A stretch of 64,000 nucleotides of DNA from Oculina patagonica (Eukaryota), in contig NC_135759.1 in NCBI RefSeq assembly GCF_052425735.1, positions 6,634,001-6,698,000 on the forward strand, written 5' to 3'. The position numbers and the translations under genes were made by a program. Under the pieces are notes generated by a model. That model was given only the letters and a program-made list of their open reading frames with translations, ran no database searches and had not been told where the DNA came from. Positions 1 to 12,609 of the stretch are shown here, one piece after another; position 1 is the stretch's first letter, and the number at the start of each line of letters is the position of its first letter.

Positions 1-391
1 GAAGCCGGCGTTTAATCGGGCCCTGGCGTTTATAAACGGACTGCAATTTTCTGCCAATTTTTTCAGATTGATTTATTGTTACCGATCTTCGAGACCAAGG
101 GACAGTTTGTCAAGGCGGGACGATTTTCTCTTCGTTCTGCCCCGAAAAAGTGTCCTTGGGTATCCAAAGGTGATTATTTCTTTAAGGTGCACTATTACGA
201 ATTGGATAGCTTATGTTGCAATCCAGATTTGTGACAAACAGAATATATTTACTCGTAAGCTTGACCTCAAATAAACACCAGGACCTCGAACAAACGCCCC
301 CGGCTTTTATTTAAAAACTAGCAATTTTGACCCGGCGTTTATACGAGGTCGGCGTTTGATCGGGGTCCGGTGTTTAATCGAGAAAATACGG
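1..391. mobile_element. Right part of a TA-flanked MITE (Tc1/mariner-pogo-like, ...AATACGG|TA end)
   Basis: Subterminal CGGCGTTTA repeats ending in AAATACGG-TA at 391-393. Same end type as 9250 and the complete element at 36710-37190. Confidence 0.6.
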
Positions 392-2860
392 TATCTTTAT
401 CAGAATACATATAAATAAAATGAGTACATTCAAAATAAAATTTTAATAAACACCATAATTTATATGAAGTTTATTATTTGTGCCAGCATCAGTTTTTTAC
501 ATGTTGTTCCAAGTTGTTCAGACAGGGCAAAGTCACACTAATGTGAAGGCAATACACAATATTCCTGCTGGTTGACCTACAAAATGTCATCTTTATCAGA
601 CATTACTGGTGTCAGTAGCACATGATTGAGTAACAAGTTAGAGCTGGAGGTGCACCAGTTTGACAGGAATGAGAGATATAACCGTGTATTCGTGTCCCCC
701 AATGTTCTCCTCAAAGACTCTGAGTTGTGAGATGGCGGGATTTTGGGAATGTGTGAAATTCTACCAAAACTAATGGAAAAACTGGAGAAGTTCTATTCTT
801 TTGGAAAACTTTATGAGGAGTACACTTCGTTAAGGTGTGACAATGGGTCACCATTGGTGCTTGTACCTCGTCAACATGTGTGCGGTAAAGGAAAAGCAGA
901 TTCCTTGAGAATGGGAAGGAAAAGTACTGTCCAGAAGTGAATAATTTTTAAATGCATTTGCTAGAAATAGTGAAGTGCAAAAGGACTACTTTGAATGCCT
1001 GAAGGATGCCAAATTGCGAAGTGAGGAAGACTTTTGTTAAATGCATTTAGACATGTGGAGAGTCGAGGAAGAGGAATGATAAGCCCTCACCATGCAGTGC
1101 AGTGGTGAAATGCAATGGAAAGAATAATTATTTGGTTGTATGTTTCACTTAGCTGTAAGGTAAGTTGTGTTAATTATCTCTTTTTTTTATTTGATATTTT
1201 TTGAGCCCTGTATACTGTCTGCAGACAACTACATACTTTTAGTCTTCAAACATTTAGTGTATATACATTTAGTCTCGTACTGTCATTTTTGAAAGTTTTT
1301 TTTTTCATTGATAGATTATTACAAGTTTCTCTAACTTCTATGCAAACAATTTTTTTAATACATATGATGTTTGCAAACAATTTATTTTGTCTTTTAGGCC
1401 CTGCAAACAATTTTTTCAATATTTTTCATCACCCTCCTCCAGAAAAATAATGGTCCGTCCCTTACTGAAATTTTTAAATTTATCATTTGTGCGTGTGCAT
1501 GTCTAAAGGTGCTGTGGAATATAGTTTGGTCCCCCCCTCTTTTTTTAAGGGGAGGGAGGGTGGGCGGACGACGGATTTCTGAGCATGCGCATGCAAGTTA
1601 TTCTGGACTCGCTCTTCCTGCGCCTAGGTTCAATCCCTATATAGGGCACCGAAGGAAAAGTTCAGGGAGTGGACTACATTTAGGACAATCAAAACAACAC
1701 AGATTATAATGCACTCGAGATCAGACGCTCCACGCACTGGAAATTTCACTGCTGGTACTGCATGGGATTTAGAAAAAAAAATAGATTGGGAAATGGGATT
1801 TCGCCAAAATTTGGGCTGGGAAATGGGATTTGATATCCCCCCTCTCGACTATCAAAGGATTGTCAGTTCTATAGTTTCTTTAGTGAAGCAGTGAGTTTTG
1901 CTTTTGTGGCCTTATGCATTGTTCTTGTTGTCTGATGTATTGTACTAGTAAGCTAGCCATTCATATGAGACCTTCAAGAGCTGCTATCCGTACTTATAGC
2001 TTTTTGTACTTGGACAGGGAAAACCAATTCACAGCAGAGGTTTGGTGATTTAGGTACACAATCTTGCATGTAGATTCCAATTGATCTAATTCCAGGCGAT
2101 CTACAGCTTCAAATGGAAGGAGGTAAAATTTGTAGAAGCCGATGATTTTACATATATTGCCCGATTCACTCTATGGCGCTTGCTTGATTGCAGGGAATCA
2201 TCTGAGTTGTATTCATCATAGACTTGCTCCAAGTCGCTCGATAGATTCGCAGGAGACCGCTGGATACGCAAACAGAGGGCGCGCGCGGGCATGGAAAACA
2301 AATAGAGGAAATCAGCCATTCTTAAATGTGGCGTCACCGGTGGATTTTTCTACCGGTGAAGCCATCAAGATTATGTCAATCATATTATTGGGCGCAAACT
2401 TACTGAGTGCGCTTTTCCCGCCGACTTAGCGCGCGCTGCTCGCGACACAAGCCTTTTTTCTTTTTTTACCTCTTTAGCAGACTGGTTTCTCACGTCGGCA
2501 GTTTAAACCAGTTTTGGAACAAACATTACAAATGTCTTCTTGTTTGTTCTAAAACTGGTTTAACTGCCGATGTGAGAAGGAACAGGGCAACCAGGGTAAT
2601 ACGAGAACGATGCTAAAATTATCAGTCTGAAAAATCGGCTTAAGGGTGAGCTTTGGAACTAAGAGAAACTGGTAGCCTGCGTGGCCGGTGTTCAATTTTA
2701 AGGAAGGAATGGGCTTTTTAGAAAGGGGGTGCGTATCTAAAAAAGGACAAGGGGAATAACTACGATAATGCACTCGAAGACTACATCGTAAACTCTTTTT
2801 TCATGCCTCACTTCATTGTTTTCAGCTAACACTAGATACAAATTTCTCATTTTTGTCCAG

Positions 2861-3109
2861 GTCGATTGTCTACAACAGCTTTGCATTCTGGGAGACCAAC
2901 CTATAGCTGACAACTACGTCACACAGTTTTCTCCTCGTCGATCCAATCGGTGGTGGCGACTTGTGACGTCAGTTTATCTGCACCAAGGAATTCTGGACTG
3001 TCTGGTGATCACGTGTTTGCAAATATGGTTGTATTGGGGCCAGGAAAACTCTATTGGGTGGTTGCGCATGGCAATAGTGCATCATACTGCTGGTGTGGGT
3101 GGACACTTG
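2861..3109 (+). pseudogene. Isolated exon of an inactive-rhomboid (iRhom/RHBDF)-like membrane protein
   Basis: Acceptor ttttgtccag|, then VDCLQQLC...RWWRLVTSVYLHQGILDCLVITCLQ...ENSIGWLRMAIVHHTAGVGGHL. This resembles iRhom VHCLDDVC...FYRLWLSLFLHAGILHCL...EKLAGW.RIAIIY..SG..GNL. No clean donor (TTG ttacgg) and no other exons found. Confidence 0.65.
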
Positions 3110-3559
3110 TTACGGCTCACGTGTTAAACATATCTTTCTTTTAAATGTATTGCATTTGTGATGCGTTATCTCAGATAGATCGCACAGAATCTACTTAGAT
3201 AAATAGATAGCTATAACTATTTATACATGTTGTAGTTTGTGGTCGTGTAGTACTTGCAAATTACATTTAAAATCTAAGATTAAAATTTACATGTAAAAGC
3301 TATTTAAAAATAAATAAAATCTTCGTCTTCAAAATTGTTGTCGAAATTGACGTAGAATTAAAATTCAAATGTTTAGATTGGTTGCACGGGTACCGGTGGT
3401 GCAGAAAAAGCATCCTCTTCTTGTTGAATATTATTTCTTTATTTTGAACCTTTTAGAAACATGCTACGCACTATACCAAACACACAAAAAATGAGTTGCA
3501 CGCAGAACACAGGCTGCGCGGGACGCAAAAGAGTGGGCGCAACCGTAGTGACGTGAATA

Positions 3560-4222
3560 CGATATTTTAACCCTATTCAGACCGGGGGGGATCTTATCGT
3601 CCGTTGCGTCTAAGGAATTTCCGACGGGCCATAGTTTTCCACGGATAAAAAGCTTGTCCGGTTGAGCTTTGTAGAAAGACGCCGGGATGTTAAGTTGTCT
3701 CGCCCTCTTAAGAGTAGCCATCTGATCCTTCCTTCTCTTAACAATTTCGTAGGGCAGATCTCTGAACTTTACATTGTTTTTCTGCGTCGCTGCATCGTTT
3801 GTTAAGCTTCGCAAAGTCTTCTGTGGCTGTCGTCTCGAAGTCTTCCAATTTCTGTATCCTTAATTCAAGTGCTCCCAAGGTGGACTCGATGTTTCTTATA
3901 GATGACTCGATACTGTCTAATTTTTCTTCTTTAGCGAGTATTAGCTGCAGTTTTCAGTAATTCCTTCGGTAAGATCCAGAGCGGTCATTATCTTATTGGT
4001 TGACGCCTCGAGCTCGGTGTCGTTGTTTGAACTTTCTGAACAGTTTTTTTTGACTTTTTATAGTCCGGCGACGCTCTTTGGTCGTCGCAGGAGCTTTCCG
4101 ACGATCTATTCCTGCGTTTTCCGATCCATTTTACAATGCTTTGTGCCATACGCTTCTACATGAGCTTCAAAATTTCGCAGGCGGGGAAACGAGCGTTCAT
4201 TCCGCCGCCCTCACTCGACCCC
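3560..4222 (-). mobile_element. 5' fragment of a CR1/L2-type LINE (decayed ORF1)
   Basis: DLPYEIVKRRKDQMATLKRARQLNIPASFYKAQPDKLFIRGK matches the usual LINE ORF1 C-terminal domain. Frameshifted coiled-coil remnants and a GC-rich 5' end lie upstream. Confidence 0.7.
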
Positions 4223-4804
4223 ATATTCTATTGTTGCCGCGGTATCAGCAAATTTCCTATTTTTTTTTTTTAATTATTAAAAGAGGGATGTAAATGGGAA
4301 GGGGGGTGGGTGGGTCCAAATCACGTTTCTCGTTTTGTTTAGTTCTTTATCTTAGTTCCATCTAATTTCAGTTTACGCCTCACCAAATCACGATTCTTAT
4401 TCCACGCACAATACATCACATATCAGCTCTTTTGCAGATCGCAAAAGGAATACGGCCACGCCTGAGAATTTATGGGAAATCACTGTTCAAGAAAACATTC
4501 TTAATCACTTTTAACAAATTAGTGTGAAAAATAAAAATTGCTTATTGATAAACAATACTGCGTCACTCGTAATATCTTGATAGAACTTTCAAGTTTACAC
4601 TAGTCTGATACCTACAGAAAGATCAATGTGAACTATCAATGTTATCGTTATTTTCAGTTAATATGATAATATTTACGTCATCTTAAGTTGTTAAATCCAA
4701 GTCGAGAAGCATTGTTAAAGATTCTCATAAATCGAATTAATAACCACAGTCGACCAAACTTCTTCTTAACCAACAGTTCACAACGTAGCTCAACGTAGTT
4801 CTCT

Positions 4805-5023
4805 CGTAGCTCAGTTGGTTAGTGCGCCCAACCGGTATCTTGGAGGCCATGCATAGGGCAGAATGCATGGACATCATTAATTATTTATAATCAGCGAAGC
4901 GGCAAATTTGAAGAAAGGCCGTGTGAACGTGAGATTTTTACTTTGTCCCACGCTCGTGTCATGTTGAACAATTTCTTCACTATTTATCACCGAGCTTTAA
5001 ATTAAGCGTCTATTATTTACTTA
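4805..5023 (+). mobile_element. Decayed tRNA-derived SINE
   Basis: A-box TAGCTCAGTTGGTTAG, no intact B-box or cloverleaf, SINE-like body TTTGTCCCACGCTCGTG...ACCGAGCT. Confidence 0.6.
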
Positions 5024-7339
5024 GTGTCTTTTCATAATTAAATCCATTAAACACTTCAGCGAAGAGCCGTCCTCCAATCTTGCTCTTAATCCCACTGATT
5101 TAAAAGCAAGAAATGCAACTGAGAACATAAAATCAAAGACTTGATTGGTGACATTTATTTCGGCGAGATTTATTTCTCAGTACGGATTATTTTCGCACTG
5201 CCTTTTCTAAAGAAAATCCATTTTCAATCTCTGGACCAGCTAAAGAACTTACGGCGATAGTTATCAGTCATCTCACCTTTCCTTTAGTTGTCTTGGTTAA
5301 AATCAATAATGTAGTGGCAATTTTTTCTAGCATACTTTTTTAACTCACTTGCCTGGATAACCCGACAATAAAAACAAAAATTAACGCTAATCGACAACGT
5401 TTCGACCCCAGTCAATCATCAATTTCAAAGGCTTTGATTAATAGAAAATTATTGAAAAAAGGCACCTAAAAGTAACTAAAAAAAAAAAATTTTGGTTACC
5501 TGGTTTATTGCATTACTTTCATCTTTTTTCATGGAGTGTTTCCGACTCGATCATTAGGGACCAGTCGTTATTTATCAGGGCGGGGGGTTATGGCCACTAA
5601 ATCTTGGAAGAAGTGGTATCAAAAATTGTGACCCTCACCCAAATTGGAGCCAAAAAATTGTGAGCCTCCTCAAATTGGAGTCTTAAAAGTTGTGGCCCTC
5701 CCCTTTGAATGTACACATACAAAACAGCTTCTTTATGTTGTAAAAACCATTGGCTCGTAGTTCATTTATTTTGCTGATTGTCTTTAGTTTATTTTCTTTG
5801 TTTTGAAATCGGTGTTAAGGGTCAGCTTTGGAATGAGCGAGGCTGCGTGTCCTCTAGGGTAGCCTTGTATTCTCCCTCAGAAAAAATTTTCGATTTTTTT
5901 ATCGTGTCCATGAATTCTTTGATTTTAATTTACTTCACCTACTCTTGTTGATCACATGCCAGGAAGCAGGGCATTGAGATACAGCTGACGGAGAAATGAT
6001 GAACTTACCCAAAAACTAGCTTTAGCAAGGAGGGGGGCATATTTGTCGGGCTTCACTAAAAGGCCTTAAAACGCGATTCATTATAAGACGAGTTTTATTT
6101 CTCGTGCTTTACCAAAACTACAGAAAAGTTTAGATTAAAAATCTACATTTCTCTTAACCAATAGGTACAAGTGACAAATATCAAAATGGAACATTTTTCC
6201 TACGGATATATGAGCATCCTTTTGAACAGACCTGGTGAAATCCGGTTTGGTGAGCTACTTTTGTTTATATTGAGACCTCACTGGCTGTGGTACGATGTAA
6301 AAAAACAAGTCATTTTTATTCCTCTCTGGTGGGATTTGCCTTCCACCAAAAAAGATGAGAAAACCCATTAAAATAAAGAAGTACACATTTACCGTTAAAT
6401 GGCTAACGTGTACTTCTTTATTTTAATGGGTTTCACGCGTCCCGGCTATGAAGAAAAACGTTTATATTATGCCCCCTTCCAGTGTCGGAGAGACGAATTT
6501 CGGTTGCTTAATTGGACGTTTCTTTTTGCAGTCCTGTTCGCAGGGTATGAGAAAAGCACATGTGACGAAATCTATCGAGCACATGCGAATATCAAGGTTG
6601 CACCAGGTCTGTTACAGCGAGCTGTACATAAAGAGTAAATAAAGTACGCTTCTGCATTCTACCAAAATTCACAACAAACTGCATAAAGCAGCAGAAAAAA
6701 GTTGCAAATGCCAAAACAACGAATAAATATATTTACACTTTTATTTTAAATTACGCACGTGGGTAATTTGAGCCGACACAAAACGAGCCAATTTTTGTTT
6801 AGTCATTCGATGGCTTAACCTAAAAATATGTTCTCTAAACCAAACGATAAAAAAGTAACTCTTTCATGATTGGTATACTGACCTTATACTATTCAAAATA
6901 AAAAGGTAAACGACGTGCCACTTGTGCCGGTTGTACAATGTTTACTCTGGAGTCCCATGTGAATAACAAGCTGGGGATCTTATCTTAAAATTATGGACTA
7001 AATAATGATTATATAAGCAGATTGTGACTTGATAATGATTATTATATAAGCAAATTGGGACTTGATAAATGTTTTTGTTTTTATGTTCCTACAGCTACCA
7101 ATACTTGTTAACAGTTCAAGGTTGAACTAAAAAGAAAAGTTATGTACAGTTAAATCTTTCAAAGCTGTTTCCAGATAGTTAATATCCATGCTATACCATG
7201 TCTCTGACATGCTATATCACATTTGATGACGTCTTATCCGGACCCAATGCTACCTCCTTTGCCGATTTTAAACTTTTCCTGCTTACGGGAGCCCAGATCT
7301 ATAAAAAACAAAGAGGTATTAAATTCAGCTTTTTCAATA

Positions 7340-7680
7340 TACTTTGTTACATCACAACTTCAAGCTTTCACGACAAGACCGGAAGGTACTATGGGTAGAA
7401 GTAAAAGTGCTACTGCACGTGCCGAATACTAATGAGATATGACGACATGGCAGACCCAATTTTGTAGGTTTTCTTTCACTTTAAACACGTGGAACTAATG
7501 GCGTCAGACCGAGAGGCCTGAAAGACCGCAGTGGAAACAGGAGTAGCCCTGCAAGAAGAAATGCTGAAGTCAGAGTGGGAAGAGAAGCGCCCTCACAGAA
7601 AAGAGAAAGTGCATCAAATGATCGCCATCTCATTCTCGTTTACATGGCGTTACTGCAAACGCTACTGTTGCTCAAATATT
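7340..7680 (+). mobile_element. RTE-clade LINE 3' fragment
   Basis: Translates NTWELMASDREA*KTAVETG..., like the RTE C-terminal WE.LA.DR..W motif. Contains stops. Confidence 0.45.
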
Positions 7681-7684
7681 TGAC

Positions 7685-7830
7685 AGATTTAGCAAGAGAA
7701 CTCAGTTGAAGACGGCGCGCACATTAAAAATACCCATGTATGGGTGTTTTTATGCGCGCGTTACCCATATATGGGTAGTTTTAATGTGCGCGCTGTCGTC
7801 AACTGACGTTCCCATTCTCTTGCTAAATCT
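7685..7830. repeat. Foldback/MITE hairpin
   Basis: AGATTTAGCAAGAGAA...TTCTCTTGCTAAATCT arms with an internally palindromic TACCCATATATGGGTA centre. Confidence 0.75.
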
Positions 7831-8870
7831 ATCTATTGGCAGGATTAGCCACAAGAGCAGTTGCACCACGAGAAACTTACTGACCTCCAGGCCAAGGCAA
7901 GAAACAACGTACTTTTGCCACACTTTTTTAGTTTAAGAAAAACGTTCTAAACTGAAAGTCATGTAACCGCAGTGAAGGAAAAGCCACAGAAAAGGTCTAA
8001 GGATAGGAAAAACAAATAACTCAAGTGCAAAAGTTTAAAATTGTTGATTCTCTCCACACTTTTATGCAAAGTTCAAATGAATACTCAGTCCTCCATTCGT
8101 TCCTGTCTCGAAGGCTTATGACGCTTTCATCCGACATGAAATAGCTGTATACACATCGCAATTTTTATTTTAAAGTCAACGTTTACAACCGAAGAAAGTG
8201 GAAAATACATCCTCATCATTGTTTAATTTCCAAGATAAATCTAATGTGTGACATCGCGAACAAAATGCAGTGTTTATATTTTTACTAACCGTCAGATTCG
8301 TTTTTGATGGCCTCTCAGGGCTCGAACTTTGTTGTCATTTCTGATGGAATTTAAATATAATTGTCCCTTTCTTTGCTTGACATTTGACATTTGTAAATTA
8401 TGTTTGCTATCTGAAAATTGTGATTTCTATTACTGTTTGAAAATTATAAACTTTATTGTTTTTCATTTTATTTTATTGGATTGCATTGAATTCGATTGTT
8501 CAACATCAGAGAGATGTCGGTAAAAAGATAAAATGTTCAAGTTAAAATAATTTAGGGCTAAATGTACAAAGTTTAAAGGTCGAACAGCCAAACGTTTTCG
8601 ACTTAAACGTCTTCTTCGGGATTGTTGTGTTTATTGCGTCATTAAGTATTTGAATATAATTAGGTCACTGCCATGGGAACAAATAAATTGGATGGGCCAG
8701 CAGCTTTTTCTAGGTCTGGCTTTCTAGAAGCGATAAACAAGTCCTCCAGATTTGTTTGGGTTTTCTCCAATTATGTTTGCCGGGGCTTATATTCCACGAC
8801 AACGAGTTGTGTCTTGAAAAGAATAATTCGCATGCATATATACACAAAAAATGTACTTCAAGTGAACTGA

Positions 8871-9250
8871 CCCTTATTTTTGTTATTCAGTTAAACGCCG
8901 CGGCGATTATTTTGTTTTTCATGATCCAAGTGCAGCGTTATTTCTTGCTAACAACAGAATGGTAACTGAACATTTGAATTAAAAAAAAGGAGAGAAAAAT
9001 GCTTTAGCGCTTGTCTGGAAAGTCGTTTTAAATATCTTAAAACATTGTTATAAGCAAGGAAAATATTTGTGGGGCTTTCTCAAACTTGATTATTACTTGA
9101 TTTGCTTTTTGATTCTATTATTGATATAAGCGCACTTCATGATGCGACGTTTTTTTGTAGGCGGCGTTTATTAATATTTCTGCCCTAATGTGCGGCGTTT
9201 ATTCGAGGACAGCGTTTATCCGAGGACGGCGTTTAATCGAATAAATACGG
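8871..9250. mobile_element. Decayed TA-flanked MITE
   Basis: GGCGTTTA repeats and an ATAAATACGG-TA right end. The left end TTAAACGCCGCGGCG is degenerate. Confidence 0.55.
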
Positions 9251-9325
9251 TATGTGTTAAGAAGAACATAAATCTTTTGTTTCGATAAATGAAGATAATT
9301 GACGAGAAAACTCAATCTGCATCAA

Positions 9326-9780
9326 CTACAGCGAAAATTCCTGATTGAGATGGATAATGAATATGACACATTGCCGTTCATTGTACTCACATGGATTCAC
9401 GCGTGTCTTCTCCATTTTCTCGTGAACCAAAATATCAGCGATTGCAAATGGCTCTGTTTGTGTCCCTCGATGGCTTCTTTTTTCTTTGTATTCGGTGTCT
9501 TGACAACTGCCATGTGCCTCTACTGTACTTTCATCACCTTGATCACCTTCTTCAAGGCTGACATCAATAGCTCCACTGTCTTTTACAGTAGCGAGAGTGG
9601 TTGGCACGGAAAATTCTCCTGTATCCAACTGGCTTTCAATGACATTTGTCTCGGCTAGACCACCTATATCTCCCTGCAAGTCGTTTAGAGTGAGAAGCAA
9701 AGCCAGGCAACAAGTAAATGACCACTTCGGATTTTTCCGCCATTCCTGGAAGTAGCTATATAGGTTTAAGGCGTACTGAA
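9326..9780 (-). CDS. Last coding exon of the LRR/Cys-rich multi-pass membrane protein gene
   Basis: Acceptor cctttcag| at 9781, phase 1. Reads VQYALNLYSYFQEWRKNPKWSFTCCLALLLTLNDLQGD... to the stop at 9326, in frame with the preceding exon. Confidence 0.85.
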
Positions 9781-10751
9781 CTGAAAGGAAACAAGAAACG
9801 GAAAATATTTAACAGTTGTACAACCCCAGGGGGCACCCTGTTTACAGCGGCACACACCTATATAGCTCATATATGGGAGTGCCCCCCCCCCCACCGGGTG
9901 TACAACGTGTGAAAAAATTGATAGTACGTAAATCTCTCGGTTTACGCTTGTGTCGGTTTTAAGTTTAATTAAAAAAAAAATTGCATAATGTTTTTTTAGC
10001 CTCAGAATCATCATCAATGGCAATGACTTTTTTTGTCAGTATCAATTAATATTAGTATAAAAAACATTATGAAATTTTCCTTCCGCTTGCCGTACAGTGG
10101 ACCATGCTTCATTGGATCACACAATTTTCATACTATTTGCATCAGCAAATGCAAAACGACTTTGAGAGTTATCGCTTTGTCTGATTTTACAGGTGAAAGG
10201 AAAGTGCAATTCTTCTTTTTTTGCCCGGTTACTACTTGGATGTCTTACCATGACATAACAGCTTGCACGGTATAACGTACTTCCCGGAAACCGAGCTGCG
10301 AACAACATTAAATTCTTCCATTACTCTTAAATTTTGAAATTTCCTTGATGCAGCTGGTGAAAGCTATAAGAGGGGGTAGCTGTAGTAATTGTAAAAACCA
10401 CTGGAAGCGAGAGTAGCCGATGCTACGACAATTTACAGTTAGCTTAACTGAGCAACGTTTGTAAGTCTCCAAAACGTACTTTCCTCGCCGCTATGGCAAT
10501 TTGGCACTTGTTAGCGTATTTTTTTTATAATTTTGTGAACAAAACTGAATAGAGTATATCAGGACATCCTGAGCCAGTCAGAGTACGCGAAAATCGATCA
10601 CCTATATATGACATTTATTACCATGAAGAGATCAAAATCTTATAAATAAACGCACTCCCAAGAAGTTTTAATTGTTACTATATATTTTTTTTGGAAAGCT
10701 CTCACCAACTAAATAACATTAATCTAGTAAGCAGTAAAACTGATTTCTTAC

Positions 10752-12311
10752 CCACAACGAGACCGATAACCAAGGTATTTGCTAGAATTACCAAGATCTT
10801 GAATGCAATTGCGTCCACGAACGGGTCACTTGAGCCTGATATGTTCTCAGCAGGAATTTTACTGACAGCTCCAATGCCTAGGTTGACCACGGTGACGGCA
10901 AGGGACACAGTCATCAATCTGTTCTCGGTCGTGTCTTTAACAGGTTTGATCCAGGCAAAAAGCATCCCATACATCCCGGCCGTAACCCAGGCCAAGCCAA
11001 TATATGACCTGCTCTCTTGGCCCACAAGAATCAAACCAGATGTAAGGATTACTTTACGTGACATTTCAACCAATTCCCAATACCACGAACTAGACTTATA
11101 GCTTTCAAAAAGAAAGCGCAGTGCAGTCGTCATCTCTGTGCTAGAACCTGGACGTTGAAAAGTTTCGGTGGCTCTTGCTGCTATCGTAGCTCTTCGTTGT
11201 CTCCAAAGGGCAACGAAAGAAGCGACAGGGAGAGCAACGAGATAGGCACAGGAAACGTACGCTACGATAACCAACTTGTTGTACTTTGAAGAATTGCACT
11301 GTATGCTGTAGTCTGCTTTCAAGTACTTGTTACAGATCTCGTCTTTGTCATCCTGACATATTCTTCGGCAAACAAATGGCAGGACATTGGCGGTCTTGAA
11401 ACACGTTCCTAGGTACGTCACGTACAGGAAGAAGAATACGTTTTTATAAACAAGCTCTTTCGTCTGTGAGACTTTTTGTGACTTTACTTCTTTGTCCACG
11501 TTTTCAGTTCTTAAAATGATTTCTTTTCGTACTCTGTAAGCGACACCAGAAAAACAAACGACAGCAACATTTATTGCCATCATAGCAAACAAAGCTCCAA
11601 AGGCATCGGCGGGTACTCCAGGAAAAAGGCACTGAACGGGGGCTATCTGAAGAATATTCAGCTGAAGTATTTCTGAATACTCGCCAATGACTTGCAGGGA
11701 ATCTGGCCATTTTATGTACGAGAAGGCTTCCAGTACACCATAAGTGACTTGATAAAAGCCAATAACGATCTTAAGTTTGGATAAGAATATGTCTATTACA
11801 GAACCGCCTTGCTCTTTCTTGATCTTCCTTTTGTTCGTCCACACCAAGGAGGCCACGATTATCAATAAAATGACTGCAATGATTGACAGCTGCCCCACCA
11901 TCAACTTCTTTGATGGACACTTTTTACACGTTTGCAATTGCTTAAAATAGCCTGAGCTGCAGACTCCACAGAGAGGACCTGTGTAACCATTCTCACACAA
12001 GGAATCTAAACCACCTTTGCAAGACCCTTCTAATGGACACATATAAGGCGTTGGTATCGGATAAGGATATTGGACACTGAAAGTATCTAGTGCTGGTGAC
12101 GAAGCCAACAGATTTGCAACAAAACTTCCGTAGCGATCTCTGCATGTTTCATTCCTCCATTTCCACCAGTATCCAGATTTCAATGAAACATAATCATTTT
12201 GGCATTCAAGTCCATGTCCACACTTATGACATTTCTTGAATAGATGTGTTCGATAAAATCCTTTCAAACATTTGCAAGCACGGTGTCCAGCGAAGAAATC
12301 AGTTTCTGTCC
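10752..12311 (-). CDS. Large exon: Cys-rich (CxxC, GYTGPLCGVC) stalk plus multi-pass TM region
   Basis: Acceptor ttttacag| (12312), donor |gtaaga (10751), 1560 bp, phase 1-1, open. Motifs SGYWW, KIVIGFYQV, YLKADYSIQC, FLFESYK..WYWELVEMSRK; about 8-9 hydrophobic segments. Confidence 0.9.
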
Positions 12312-12609
12312 CTGTAAAAATAAAGGAGTAACAAAGTTATGCCTTTTTGATGCTTCCCAGGTTAGCTGGTGAGGAAGCTACAGGTTTTAATCACACTGCA
12401 ACTTTTTTTTGTCAGTTTAAAGTGATATCGAGACCATTTCACACTCGTGTCACCTAAATACTGCAAGGCATGTTAGATTTGTAATAAATCTTTTTGTCAG
12501 GACTTTGACTTTTAATGAAAATGCCTGTTTTGAGGTCCAACAATTTCGAACATTATTTCAAGTATATTCTCTTCATTTTTATTGGTTAATAGACCACTCA
12601 GGAAATTAA

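Noticed and set aside
743-1140. Short ORF and exon-like segment ending AG|GTAAGT
   Set aside because: No recognisable domain, and stops in the exon-like frames. It could not be linked to the rhomboid exon.
4805-4850. tRNA gene
   Set aside because: Only the A-box/D-arm is present, with no T-arm or acceptor stem. Better explained as a SINE head.
10691-11101. 136-aa + strand ORF and similar ORFs opposite Penelope, L2 and pol
   Set aside because: Antisense shadows of real coding frames.
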